From: a virus
Taxonomy: Duplodnaviria > Caudoviricetes
Reading direction: 5' to 3' (one strand)
IMG/VR virus record: IMGVR_UViG_3300020044_004791
Location: 1 to 25,865 of that record
Length of the DNA stretch: 25,865 nt
Shown one piece after another: positions 14,281-23,806 of this stretch. The stretch's first letter is position 1. Every line of letters starts with the position of its first letter. The position numbers and the translations under genes are program-made. The notes under the pieces were generated by a model, which saw nothing but the letters and a program-made list of their open reading frames with translations, made no database searches and had not been told where the DNA came from.

Positions 14281-17200
14281 TTAGCCTCCGAAAGTAAAAA
14301 TGAATCCCATTGCTTGCGCTTTGGAAACGCCCCCACCACTTCCATTTGAAGCGGCGGTCAAGCGACCTTGAGCATCAACGGTGATGTTGGCACTTGTGTA
14401 TGAGCCAGCAGTCACCGCCGTGTTTGCAAGAGATATTGTTCCCGAGGTCGTAATAGTGCCACCTGATAATCCCGTGCCTGTTGCGACCGATGTGACAGTT
14501 CCTGTATTGCTTGTGAATCCGCTCGGATTGCTTGATGGGTATGCGCCTAAGGCAGTCAAAGCGGCGGCGGCTGAAGTAGCCCCTGTCCCGCCATTTGCGA
14601 TTGCCAAAGTGCCAGCAAGAGTGATTGCGCCAGTCGAAGCAGTTGAAGGTGTTAGCCCTGTTGTTCCTGCGCTGAAAGAGGTTACGCCACCAGCCGTCCC
14701 GTTTGCCGCAGAAGTAATCCTTCCTTGAGCATCGACTGTAATGTTGGCATTCGTATACGCACCAGCAGTCACCGCAGTATTCGCTAAAGCGATTGTTACC
14801 GCCGCCGAGCCGTTATACGAAGTGCCACTCAATCCCGTCCCAATAGTCAGCGTATTGGCGACTGATCCTGCCGAGCCAGTCGTATTCTGATTTAGGGTAG
14901 GAATGTCAGCCGCTACAACCGATCTGAAAGAAGGAACGCCAGCCACACCATTAGGAGCCGCCAAAAAGGTATTTGCCGTTTGACTTGCAAAGTTTGAAGC
15001 CGTGACTGCTAAAGTGCCGCCAAGAGTCAAATTGCCTGAAGTCGTAACCGTCCCAGTCAGGGTCAATCCGCTAACTGTCCCCGTTCCACCTACGCTTGTA
15101 ACAGTTCCCGTAGTCGATGATGTTCCCGCACCAATTGCGGTTCTGAAAGTTGCCGCATCCAAAGCCGAGACTGTATTGTCAGCATTGAATCGAGGGAATG
15201 TGATTGCGCTCGGGTTAGTGAGCGTGAACATATTGCCACCAAGGGTAGTCGCACCAAGGCTTGTTCTACCCGTTGCCGCCACTAGGCTAGTCGCCCCACC
15301 ATTCCATTGCAAAGTATTTGTGTAGGCAGTATCCCAATTGGTCTGCGAAGCAGTCGTAGGGATTGAATAGCCAGCGGACAAAGTCAATGCCAAAGTGCCA
15401 CTTGATGTAATGGGCGACCCCGCCACACTCAATCCAGTCGGCACTGTCATTGCTACTGAGGTGACTGTTCCTGTCGTGCTTGAAGTCCCTGCGCCAATAG
15501 CCGTTCTGAATGATGCCGCATCAAGAGATGAGACTGTGTTGTCAGCATTAAAGCGAGGGAAGGTGATTGCCGATGGGTTGGTAATCGTAAAGATATTTGA
15601 GCCAAGAGTCGTAGCACCTAAATTCGTTCTAGCCGTTCCCGCAGTTGATGCCCCCGTGCCCCCGTTCAAAACGGGCAGGATGCCAGTTACGCCCGAAGTG
15701 AGGGGTAAGCCTGTGGCATTGGTTAAAACTGCCCCAGAGGGCGTTCCTAGGGCAGGAGTGATCAATGTCGGGCTATTCGCAAAGACCAAAGAGCCTGAAC
15801 CTGTTTCATCAGAGACCACAGAGATTAAATTGGCAGAAGTCGGAGTCGCCAACCAAGTTGCCACATTTGTTCCAAGCCCCGTGATCGAGCCGACGGCAGG
15901 GGTGATCGTTGTATTCGTCACGCCCGTGACTTGCCCTTGAGCATTAGTCGTCAGGACTGGTGATTGAGTGGCTGATCCATAAGTGCCAGCCGTCCCAGTA
16001 TTGGTGATGCTGAATTGAGTGCCAGTCAGGGTCAAGCCCGTGCCAGCAGAATAAGTGCCCGCACCCGAGAATTGAGTCCAAGTAATAGCCGTTACGCCTA
16101 AAGTGCCCCCTGCTGGCGAGGTGCAGACCCACCCAGTATCTGCCTGAGTCGTGCCGCCCTCAATAAAAGTAAAAGAATTTGGGACTTCTGCCCATGTGTT
16201 CATGTCAGTAGACCGAGACCAAGCACTTGCCGCTACAACATAGATTCCATTCTCTGCAGGGGCAGTCTGATTCTTGACTAGAACTCGATCGCCAGCAATA
16301 ACGGCTACGCCATCGATTGTCTGAGTTCCTGAAAGGGTGATATTGACAGTTGTCCCTGCATTGCATGAACCTTTGGCATCAAGCCCTTGAGCGACAGAAT
16401 CAACGTAATTCTTGGTTGCCGCATCTTGAGCATTGATAGGATCAGCAAGAGAAGTAAGATTCTGAGAGCCAAAAGCAAAAGATCCTGTTGGTGCAGAAAG
16501 ATCGGAAAGACTTGCCTGTGATGCCGCAGTCACTAGCCCTTTGCCATTGACTGTTAATTTTGAAAATGTGCCAACGTTTGAATTGACAGTTGCCAAAGTA
16601 AAAGTTGATGAGACCGCCGCAGACCCATCGACTGCCGCAAGAGTGGCAATGCCATCTCCTGTCAAAGACAGATTGCGAGCCGTCGTCCACGTTGCCGCAC
16701 TACCCGTCGTGTTCTGATTCAGAGTCGGGATGTCAGCACCAACGATGGCTCTAAAAGTTGGCAGTCCAGCAGAGCCATTGGGAGCCGCTAGAAAGTAGTT
16801 TGCTGTTTTAGATGCGTAAGGATTAAGCGTATCGCCGTATCCTGTCGCAAGAGCAATTGTGACTGCCGCAGAGCCATTAAAGGATGAGCCACTAAGCCCC
16901 GTGCTGATCGTCAAAGCATTGGCTACCGATCCAGCAGAGCCAGTTGTATTTTGATTCAGAGTCGGGACATCTGCGACTTCAATTGCTGACATGACTGCAT
17001 TCGTGCCATTACCTCTCAAGAAGTAGCGGTTCGTCGTCGCCCCTGCAAGATTATTGATTGCAGTTTGAGCAGTTGATGCTCCTGTACCGCCATCTGCAAT
17101 AGCAAGATCGGTGATCCCTGTAATTGAGCCACCAGTGATGCTGACATTGTTGGCGTTTTGACTGGCGATCGTTCCAGCATTAGAAACTTGCGAAAGGAGA

Positions 17201-17568
17201 ATGCTAATGTCTTGCTGAGATGCCGCAGTCAATCTACCTTTTGAATCGACTGTGAAGGTGACTGTTTTACTTGCCGACCCGTATGTGCCAGTCGTAACGG
17301 CGGTGTCAAGTAAAGATATGTCGTTGCCAGTAATTGAGATCGGGCTGACGCCAAAGTAAACGCCCGTGTCAAGAGGTCCTAGTTGCTCAGACGTTCCATT
17401 GGTATAGACAATATCAAGGTAAGTTTGATCATCGATGTCGACCAAAGTGATTGATACGATACCAACACCAGCAACCCCTCGATCTATTGAAATCGTGTTG
17501 GTCGGTTGAGGCGTGACAACTACTTCAAGATTGTTGCCATCTTGAACGATGATTGAGAGATTCGCCAT
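14281..17568 (-). CDS. Long tail fibre protein
   Basis: 1095 aa, T/G/A/S-rich; repeated ITVDAQGR.T.A and ANGGTGA motifs; DAATKNYVD; GDRVLVKNQ...NGIY domain. Confidence 0.85.
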   Translation of the reverse strand: MANLSIIVQDGNNLEVVVTPQPTNTISIDRGVAGVGIVSITLVDIDDQTYLDIVYTNGTSEQLGPLDTGVYFGVSPISITGNDISLLDTAVTTGTYGSASKTVTFTVDSKGRLTAASQQDISILLSQVSNAGTIASQNANNVSITGGSITGITDLAIADGGTGASTAQTAINNLAGATTNRYFLRGNGTNAVMSAIEVADVPTLNQNTTGSAGSVANALTISTGLSGSSFNGSAAVTIALATGYGDTLNPYASKTANYFLAAPNGSAGLPTFRAIVGADIPTLNQNTTGSAATWTTARNLSLTGDGIATLAAVDGSAAVSSTFTLATVNSNVGTFSKLTVNGKGLVTAASQASLSDLSAPTGSFAFGSQNLTSLADPINAQDAATKNYVDSVAQGLDAKGSCNAGTTVNITLSGTQTIDGVAVIAGDRVLVKNQTAPAENGIYVVAASAWSRSTDMNTWAEVPNSFTFIEGGTTQADTGWVCTSPAGGTLGVTAITWTQFSGAGTYSAGTGLTLTGTQFSITNTGTAGTYGSATQSPVLTTNAQGQVTGVTNTTITPAVGSITGLGTNVATWLATPTSANLISVVSDETGSGSLVFANSPTLITPALGTPSGAVLTNATGLPLTSGVTGILPVLNGGTGASTAGTARTNLGATTLGSNIFTITNPSAITFPRFNADNTVSSLDAASFRTAIGAGTSSTTGTVTSVAMTVPTGLSVAGSPITSSGTLALTLSAGYSIPTTASQTNWDTAYTNTLQWNGGATSLVAATGRTSLGATTLGGNMFTLTNPSAITFPRFNADNTVSALDAATFRTAIGAGTSSTTGTVTSVGGTGTVSGLTLTGTVTTSGNLTLGGTLAVTASNFASQTANTFLAAPNGVAGVPSFRSVVAADIPTLNQNTTGSAGSVANTLTIGTGLSGTSYNGSAAVTIALANTAVTAGAYTNANITVDAQGRITSAANGTAGGVTSFSAGTTGLTPSTASTGAITLAGTLAIANGGTGATSAAAALTALGAYPSSNPSGFTSNTGTVTSVATGTGLSGGTITTSGTISLANTAVTAGSYTSANITVDAQGRLTAASNGSGGGVSKAQAMGFIFTFGG
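15091..15621 (-). repeat. Internal ~55-aa duplication in tail fibre (approx. 15091-15258 and 15454-15621)
   Basis: LGATTLG.N.FT.TNPSAITFPRFNADNTVS.LDAA.FRTAIGAGTSSTTGTVTSV occurs twice. Confidence 0.9.
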
Positions 17569-18062
17569 TATGGGTTCTCCTGCACGATGCCATCAGATCG
17601 AACCAAGAAAAGCAGAAAGATGATGTTGTCTTCCGCAGGGGTAGACATATTGGCAGGAAAAGAAACTTTGATGCGTCCGCTAAATGCCACGCAATCATTG
17701 ATTGCTATGTTCAATTCAGGATCAGAGGCTATCAAGTCCCATGCCGTGTCATCAATCACAAGAGTAAAAGCCCCTGCCGCATCATCTCGATTGGTGATGC
17801 TGAGGTCGATTACAGGAGTTACTTCGGGGTAATTCGCAATGTCAAAAGTTAAGCCATTGCGGGTATCGGTGAGGTTTGAGATCAATCGGCGAGTAATCTC
17901 AGCCGAGATGGTCGCCCCCGAAAGATCAACAGGGGCAGTCGATACCGAATTGGTAAAGACAAGATTCCAATAAGTTTGTTGCTCCCAAACTAACTCACCA
18001 GCAATGATCGGGTTGTTAAATCCCGATATTTGATACAGACTGTTTTTATTAAAAACTGCCAT
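17568..18062 (-). CDS. Putative baseplate/tail-fibre adaptor (BppU-N-like)
   Basis: PVDLSGATISAEI and Ig-like beta pattern; RBS AGGAG; directly before the fibre gene. Confidence 0.6.
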   Translation of the reverse strand: MAVFNKNSLYQISGFNNPIIAGELVWEQQTYWNLVFTNSVSTAPVDLSGATISAEITRRLISNLTDTRNGLTFDIANYPEVTPVIDLSITNRDDAAGAFTLVIDDTAWDLIASDPELNIAINDCVAFSGRIKVSFPANMSTPAEDNIIFLLFLVRSDGIVQENP

Positions 18063-18160
18063 GATTTCTCCTAATCTCGGTTAATAGCCCTATGCACTTA
18101 CAGGGCTACGAATCATGTCTTGTAGTGTATAGGTATTGTAATCAATCTCTCTCTAAAAGA

Positions 18161-18727
18161 TCAAGACTTCATGATAAATGCCAAAGCGTAGTAAGGAGGC
18201 AAATTAGCATTTGTTGCTGAAGTGCCTTCGGTACTATTAGAAACAGTAATGCCTGTGACCGCAGATGTTGTATCAGATGATTGCTGACCAGCACCACCGC
18301 CTGCAGGAGCGGTCAATGTGCCGCCATTGTGTGTGTAGTGAAAATGTCCCGGATCGGTTACTGTTGCCGTGTGAGTATGGCTTACAAGGGTTGCATCTGC
18401 CGATCCCCCTGTATTGTTAGGGCTGTAAGTGCTTCCTGCCCCGACAACGAATCGTGATCTTAAATCGGGAGTGCCATTTGCTCCATCACATAAATACCAC
18501 CCCGTCGGAATAGAAACGACAGAGCCTGACCAAATAATGATGCCCCCTGCTGGGACTGCGTAGACTGCTTGAGCAACGCCAAGATTGGTTCTTGCCGCCG
18601 CCGCACTCGTTGCTCCCGTCCCCCCGTTTGCAATTGGGACTGCGTTAACCAATCCATCGGTAGCGTCAAGTTGCCCCGTTGAATTCAAATTGTTTGCGAG
18701 TTGAGATAAGTTGTAGGCTTGTGTCAT
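18161..18727 (-). CDS. Tail-collar domain protein
   Basis: VPAGGIIIWSG, IPTGWYLCDG.NGTPDLRSRFVVGAG, HTH and NLPPYYALAFIMK. Confidence 0.85.
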   Translation of the reverse strand: MTQAYNLSQLANNLNSTGQLDATDGLVNAVPIANGGTGATSAAAARTNLGVAQAVYAVPAGGIIIWSGSVVSIPTGWYLCDGANGTPDLRSRFVVGAGSTYSPNNTGGSADATLVSHTHTATVTDPGHFHYTHNGGTLTAPAGGGAGQQSSDTTSAVTGITVSNSTEGTSATNANLPPYYALAFIMKS

Positions 18728-21700
18728 TATGCGGCTCCTATACGGGCGAAAGTTTGCTGATTCAAAAGTGTGAAATTATTGTCGTAAGGCTGAGTCAAAA
18801 TAAAATTGGTGGCAGTCGCCGTGTAATCATACGTCGCCCCTTTCACTAGCATAGCCCCATTAGCGTAAAGTTCCATAGCCAATGGGTTGCTTGAGAATGG
18901 GTAAGTGGTTGCCCCTGAAGTTGTGTAAGCGACCGTGTTCGTAATATTTGAGCATGGCACACCTAAATTGTTTGCCGCAAAAAGAATGATGTTCAATTTG
19001 CCAGTCAAAGCAGAAGGGAAGCCGCCAAGAGTATTTGCGGAAAGATCGTAATCTACCTCGTTGAATTGAGAGCCGTTTACATACACTTGCTCATAGCCAC
19101 TATTGATTTGATAATCAGAAGGCGAGTAAGAGGACACGGCACTTAGATCAGCCTCAAAGCGGCTATACGGGGCGTAGGAAGCACCAGTCGCTCTGAATTG
19201 ATAAATCGTATTGCCAGCCGTCGCCCCGCTTATAGTGCCTGTGAATGTGATGACTTTAGTCGTTGTGTTTATAGAGGCTACTGTAAAAGTTGAAGGAGAT
19301 CCAACATTGCTAAAAGAAAGAACATCTCCTGCTTTGATTTCCTGAAAAGGTAGATCAAGGTAAGTGACTGTTGTTGATGTAGATGAGGCAATGCTGATGT
19401 TAAGAGGGGCATAAAAATCAGCGTAACTTGTAACTCTCATGCTTAAAGTGACGATCTTTTCGCCTACTGCACATGCGTTGGTCAAAGTCACATTTGATGA
19501 TGTCTCAGAATATTCAGAAGTTGAAAGCAGAATGCCGTTTCTGAATACAAGAATTTGCCCCACGATATGAGTGACAGTAAAAACTGTTTGCCCCGCCGTT
19601 GCAGAAAAGACTGTCTCTGTAAAAAAGAAATCATCTTGCTGAGTAAATCCTACGACTCGACCAAAAACATCAATCGTCAATTGAGAGGGTGCAACCGTTT
19701 TCGTATAGACCCCGTTGCCAAAATTTAAGAACTTCTCCAATGAGACGATCATTGTTCCGTTAGTGTTATTTGTGACGCTTACTAGCCCGTCAGCACTACT
19801 GATTGATGTCGTGCCTACTTTAGTCAATTGCCCTGATCTCTCATCGAGATCAATGTAATTTGTGCCATCCTGTAAGCCACTCCAAATAGTCTGATCGTAA
19901 ATTGATGTTTCTGTTGGGACGAACGATCCATTCAGATTGAGAAAGCCAGCATTGCCTACTGCCAAAGTGAATCGGCGGTTGGATCGGTTGCAATACAAAA
20001 GATAATTGTCTGTGCTGAAATTATCCGAAGCAAGATACCAAGTGTAGTCATCAGGATTGCTACTGTAATTAGGCGTGGTCGAATTGAATAATCCATAGTA
20101 AGACTTATTGCGAGGGCTTGAACTTATTGAGGCTCCTGAACTTGAGTCTGCGTAGGCAACGACTAGGTATCGATTTTCGTATTGAAAAGTCTTTGGTCGC
20201 CAAGTCAATTTGGTGCTTGCCAATGAATAGCGAGATGCTCCAAGACTATTTACCATACGAGTAAAGAAATACCAATCGCCCGATGCCAATGCTAGATCAA
20301 TTGCTGGCAAAGTAAAAACTGCAGGCCATGGTGTGCCGCTTGATTGAACTTGAGAAGTCCCAATAAAGATCAATTGATCTTCTGTGGGATATTGAAAAGC
20401 CGAATACCAAACTTCTGCGTATTGCACAATGCCTGAGACTGGGGTCTTTACATAGACCGTGAAATAAGGATCAGGCGATAGCGGATAGGAAGTGCCAAAG
20501 GTAGGGGGATCAATAAGTCCCCATATTAAAGGGCTACCAATTCCCGTGTTAGGAGCAGGAGTGAACTGAGTGATGCTTTCATCATCAAAGATTTGAGCGT
20601 TGTATTCTGATAAAGAAAGATCACAAATTACTGCCCCCGTATCATCAAACTTTTGCGTGACCTTAATAATTCGATATGGCTTGTCTTCCCATCCATAGTT
20701 GACATTTGTAATCGTGAGGATGTCTCCTGCCTCTAATTGCAAACCAACATAACTAATGGCACATTGAATATTCAGATCCTCTCTTGCCGCTTTGAGCATC
20801 CTGATCGCAATCAATTGCGCCCTGACATCATTGTTTACTAATGGCAGACTTACGGATTGCTTATTGATTGGCTCGTTCGGAAAAAGAAGTTCAGGGGCAA
20901 TCTGAGCAAGATCAAATGTCGCAGTATTGAAAGCATCTTGATTTGAATTATCAGGAAATTTGCATTCAATGATGTTGTATGAAGCGGCTATGTCTGTCGG
21001 GTTAATCGTGATTGCTGAGATGATATTGCTATCGTCAATGTGCATAGCCACATCGTAATCAGGAGATTGAACAATGACTCCCCACTTCGCAGTGATCTCG
21101 TTGTATTTGATTAGGCAGTCAGCACAATCTGCCATGTTCTGCATATTATCTAGAACGGCTCGATCTGTTTGAATGACTCCATCAAAGCGGAATCGAGGGA
21201 TGGTCTGCGTCCCACCATCATAAGGAGTGTATGTAATGATCTCATCACTATAAACATCAAGAGCCGCAAGGCTATCAGTATCAATTTGATTGACAGGGAG
21301 AGCCGCTCCATATCGCTGATCTGTCATGTAATCGTATAAGCACTCTCCCGGTTTTGTCCTTGAATTAAAGACTTGGAATCGAGTCTGAGCAATGCCTGTA
21401 ATATTTGCTTTTGGACTGTATGAGAGATAGATGATTGCAAAAGCCGTATTGCTCATCTTTTTACTGCTATCCCATGTGTAAATCAAGCCAGATGATTGCA
21501 TGACTTCAATAGCGGTCAAAGTCGTATTGGTCGGCGAGAATGAACCATTGTCGTAAAGATAAAAAGCAATCTTGCCTGATACTGTTGTGTCATAGCCACC
21601 AGTTGATTCATCGTAAAGAGAGTCGACTACATAGCCATCCTCTCTAAAGATAACTTTTTTCCCGCCCCAGTAAATGTCGCCAAATGTGATTTGATCGGGA

Positions 21701-22092
21701 TCGTCTGCTGGTCCTGTCACCTCGCAGAGAGCCATTACGTAGAAAAGCCATTGGCTGTTTTGAGTAATTGAAAGATCAACGATCGTGCCCCCGACATAAG
21801 CCTCTCCATATACGACAGGCAATTTATTATCAGTTGCTGGCGGGACTTGCTGGCGATTACCGACATCAGGCTGAGACCCCGCCCCTCCCGCTCCGTCAGC
21901 ACCTTGCTGAGGATTAAAAAATGCTTTTGAGATTACTGCTGAAACAACCATATTGATTGCAAACGCAACGGCGACTGCCGCAAAAGAACCAGCAGTCAAT
22001 CCTATAAGTCCAACAGCAATCATCGTCCCTACTGCAAAAGCAGGGATTGAAAAGAACAAAAGGAAAAGGATTAAGTATATTTTTTTCATCAT
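18727..22092 (-). CDS. Tail tip / host-specificity protein (gpJ-like)
   Basis: 1121 aa; LPVVYG, PGECLYDYMTD.RYGA, FRFDGVI and LEAGDILTIT...YRII; position downstream of TMP and hub genes. Confidence 0.8.
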   Translation of the reverse strand: MMKKIYLILFLLFFSIPAFAVGTMIAVGLIGLTAGSFAAVAVAFAINMVVSAVISKAFFNPQQGADGAGGAGSQPDVGNRQQVPPATDNKLPVVYGEAYVGGTIVDLSITQNSQWLFYVMALCEVTGPADDPDQITFGDIYWGGKKVIFREDGYVVDSLYDESTGGYDTTVSGKIAFYLYDNGSFSPTNTTLTAIEVMQSSGLIYTWDSSKKMSNTAFAIIYLSYSPKANITGIAQTRFQVFNSRTKPGECLYDYMTDQRYGAALPVNQIDTDSLAALDVYSDEIITYTPYDGGTQTIPRFRFDGVIQTDRAVLDNMQNMADCADCLIKYNEITAKWGVIVQSPDYDVAMHIDDSNIISAITINPTDIAASYNIIECKFPDNSNQDAFNTATFDLAQIAPELLFPNEPINKQSVSLPLVNNDVRAQLIAIRMLKAAREDLNIQCAISYVGLQLEAGDILTITNVNYGWEDKPYRIIKVTQKFDDTGAVICDLSLSEYNAQIFDDESITQFTPAPNTGIGSPLIWGLIDPPTFGTSYPLSPDPYFTVYVKTPVSGIVQYAEVWYSAFQYPTEDQLIFIGTSQVQSSGTPWPAVFTLPAIDLALASGDWYFFTRMVNSLGASRYSLASTKLTWRPKTFQYENRYLVVAYADSSSGASISSSPRNKSYYGLFNSTTPNYSSNPDDYTWYLASDNFSTDNYLLYCNRSNRRFTLAVGNAGFLNLNGSFVPTETSIYDQTIWSGLQDGTNYIDLDERSGQLTKVGTTSISSADGLVSVTNNTNGTMIVSLEKFLNFGNGVYTKTVAPSQLTIDVFGRVVGFTQQDDFFFTETVFSATAGQTVFTVTHIVGQILVFRNGILLSTSEYSETSSNVTLTNACAVGEKIVTLSMRVTSYADFYAPLNISIASSTSTTVTYLDLPFQEIKAGDVLSFSNVGSPSTFTVASINTTTKVITFTGTISGATAGNTIYQFRATGASYAPYSRFEADLSAVSSYSPSDYQINSGYEQVYVNGSQFNEVDYDLSANTLGGFPSALTGKLNIILFAANNLGVPCSNITNTVAYTTSGATTYPFSSNPLAMELYANGAMLVKGATYDYTATATNFILTQPYDNNFTLLNQQTFARIGAA

Positions 22093-22523
22093 TGAATCCA
22101 GTTCTCATCTTTTTTCCGAAAGCCGTATCGTCCATAATCGAGATCAGGGCTTACATCTAATTTTGTCATTGTGAAGTATTTAATCCTGCCAGCGTCTTTC
22201 AATTCCCTGCCATATCGAATGTAAGACTCAAAGAGGCGAAAGCCTGTCAGTCCTCGGCGATGTTCAGGGCGAACATACCAAGCCAATTCATGCAGGGCAA
22301 AACCCTTGTCATCCCATATAGTCGGCATGATTACGCTCATCAATAATCCTTTACCTTCTTGGTAAAAGATTTTTCCCGCCCCCGCAAAGATCGAGTCAAG
22401 CAATCGATTCCAATATTCAATATTGTCATCGGCAAGAATTTCAATGAAATCAGCAGAATCTCGAAACTCTTTCATCATCTCAATGATTGAGTCTTTGTCA
22501 TGCTTATTTGCCTCTCGTATCAT
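22089..22523 (-). CDS. GNAT-family acetyltransferase-like protein
   Basis: MIREANKHD, ELAWYVRPEHRRG..G.RL and Y.RYGFRK. Confidence 0.75.
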   Translation of the reverse strand: MIREANKHDKDSIIEMMKEFRDSADFIEILADDNIEYWNRLLDSIFAGAGKIFYQEGKGLLMSVIMPTIWDDKGFALHELAWYVRPEHRRGLTGFRLFESYIRYGRELKDAGRIKYFTMTKLDVSPDLDYGRYGFRKKDENWIQ

Positions 22524-23125
22524 TGATTCGGCTCCGCACCTTTGCCGAACTGATAATTGATCGAGGTAATGAATGCCACTCGATTCATGCTTGTATCGTC
22601 AGGGTAAAAGAATTGCCATGAATTGTCATTCGTGTATCGACCAGCAAAGCGATTTTTTAAGATCAATTGAATCGATGAAGCGGCAACAGTAATAACGCCT
22701 ACAAATTCTCTTACCTCTTCCATCCATTGTTCAGTAATTGAGAATGAAGTCACATACCCGTTAAAGTATTGATACAGACCGCCACTTCCACCGTCTGTGA
22801 TCAATTCGCCTTCAGGATTAAAGAATCCATGCCATGCTTCAATTTGTGAGCCTTTGATCTCTTGCCCTAGAACCCACCCTAGCATTGCCGTATCAAGTCC
22901 AACTAAAGTAAATGTCGTTTCATTAGCCGTGCTTTTTATGTCTCGTTGTGCATCGCCAGCCTTAATGAGAACGCCAAGAGCATTAAATGGTTGAGAGTCG
23001 ACTTCAGGGACTATGAGAGCCGATGGAGTCGATGCCATCCGATAGGTTGCAGACGGAGTCGTTACTCGAACGAAGTCGGCAAAGCGAATATTGTTGGTGT
23101 CAATGACTGGCAAGATCGGGTTCAT
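22520..23125 (-). CDS. Minor tail / hub protein
   Basis: Position between the distal-tail-like gene and the tip protein; beta-rich; GRYTND.SWQ.FYPDD.SM. Confidence 0.6.
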   Translation of the reverse strand: MNPILPVIDTNNIRFADFVRVTTPSATYRMASTPSALIVPEVDSQPFNALGVLIKAGDAQRDIKSTANETTFTLVGLDTAMLGWVLGQEIKGSQIEAWHGFFNPEGELITDGGSGGLYQYFNGYVTSFSITEQWMEEVREFVGVITVAASSIQLILKNRFAGRYTNDNSWQFFYPDDTSMNRVAFITSINYQFGKGAEPNQ

Positions 23126-23802
23126 AGCACGCTCTCAAATGCTTTGAAAGACCCCGACCATTGGATGTATGAGTCATTTGTAATGGGCATCAAAGTGTAG
23201 GTAGGGTAATCCCTTAGAATGACAGGGAATGTGATTCCCGTATAGGTATCACCGCCCATTGAGACTGTCGTCCCATACTGCCCTATAACCGCCGCTAGAG
23301 GCGATGAAACGGGTGTGATAAGGTTGCGGTGGACTGGGATCGTTACAGTCGATCCTACCCCCCTCTGAACATCCTCCGTGGCTATGTATGAGTATCTGCC
23401 AACCTGACAGAAGTCTCCAGCACGAACAATATATTTTGCGTCATCAATGCTTGGCAATGAGCCGAGGACAAGATTCTTGTTTGCCGATGAAGTCTGCCAA
23501 TAGCAAGCAATCGCTTGAGTGCGAGTCATGTCCCCTTGATAGTCAATGTAATTTGACCAGCCTGTAGAGGCAAAATTCAAATATTGCTCAAGGGCTTTGT
23601 CAGGGATTCTTAAAGAACTCAAAAGGCTTCTGCTCTGAGAATACAAAAGATAATTCATTGGTTGAAGGTCGAATCCAAAAGGAACGACTGTCAAAATCTC
23701 ACTTGTGCTGATTCGCTGATTGCGGCTTACCACCTGACCAACGAATCGATGATCATTGATTGAGATGTTCTCACTAATAGAAAGGATAGTTGTTAGGCTC
23801 AT
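23122..23802 (-). CDS. Distal tail (Dit-like) protein
   Basis: Immediately downstream of the tape measure; AGDFCQVG.Y.Y and C-terminal F.AFESVL. Confidence 0.6.
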   Translation of the reverse strand: MSLTTILSISENISINDHRFVGQVVSRNQRISTSEILTVVPFGFDLQPMNYLLYSQSRSLLSSLRIPDKALEQYLNFASTGWSNYIDYQGDMTRTQAIACYWQTSSANKNLVLGSLPSIDDAKYIVRAGDFCQVGRYSYIATEDVQRGVGSTVTIPVHRNLITPVSSPLAAVIGQYGTTVSMGGDTYTGITFPVILRDYPTYTLMPITNDSYIQWSGSFKAFESVL

Positions 23803-23806
23803 ATTT

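Noticed and set aside
14381-15940. Long plus-strand V/P/A-rich ORFs
   Set aside because: They are the antisense mirror of the T/G/A-rich tail fibre codons.
12079-17568. Possible diversity-generating retroelement or invertible fibre cassette
   Set aside because: No reverse transcriptase or invertase is present, and the repeats differ at synonymous positions rather than only at adenines.
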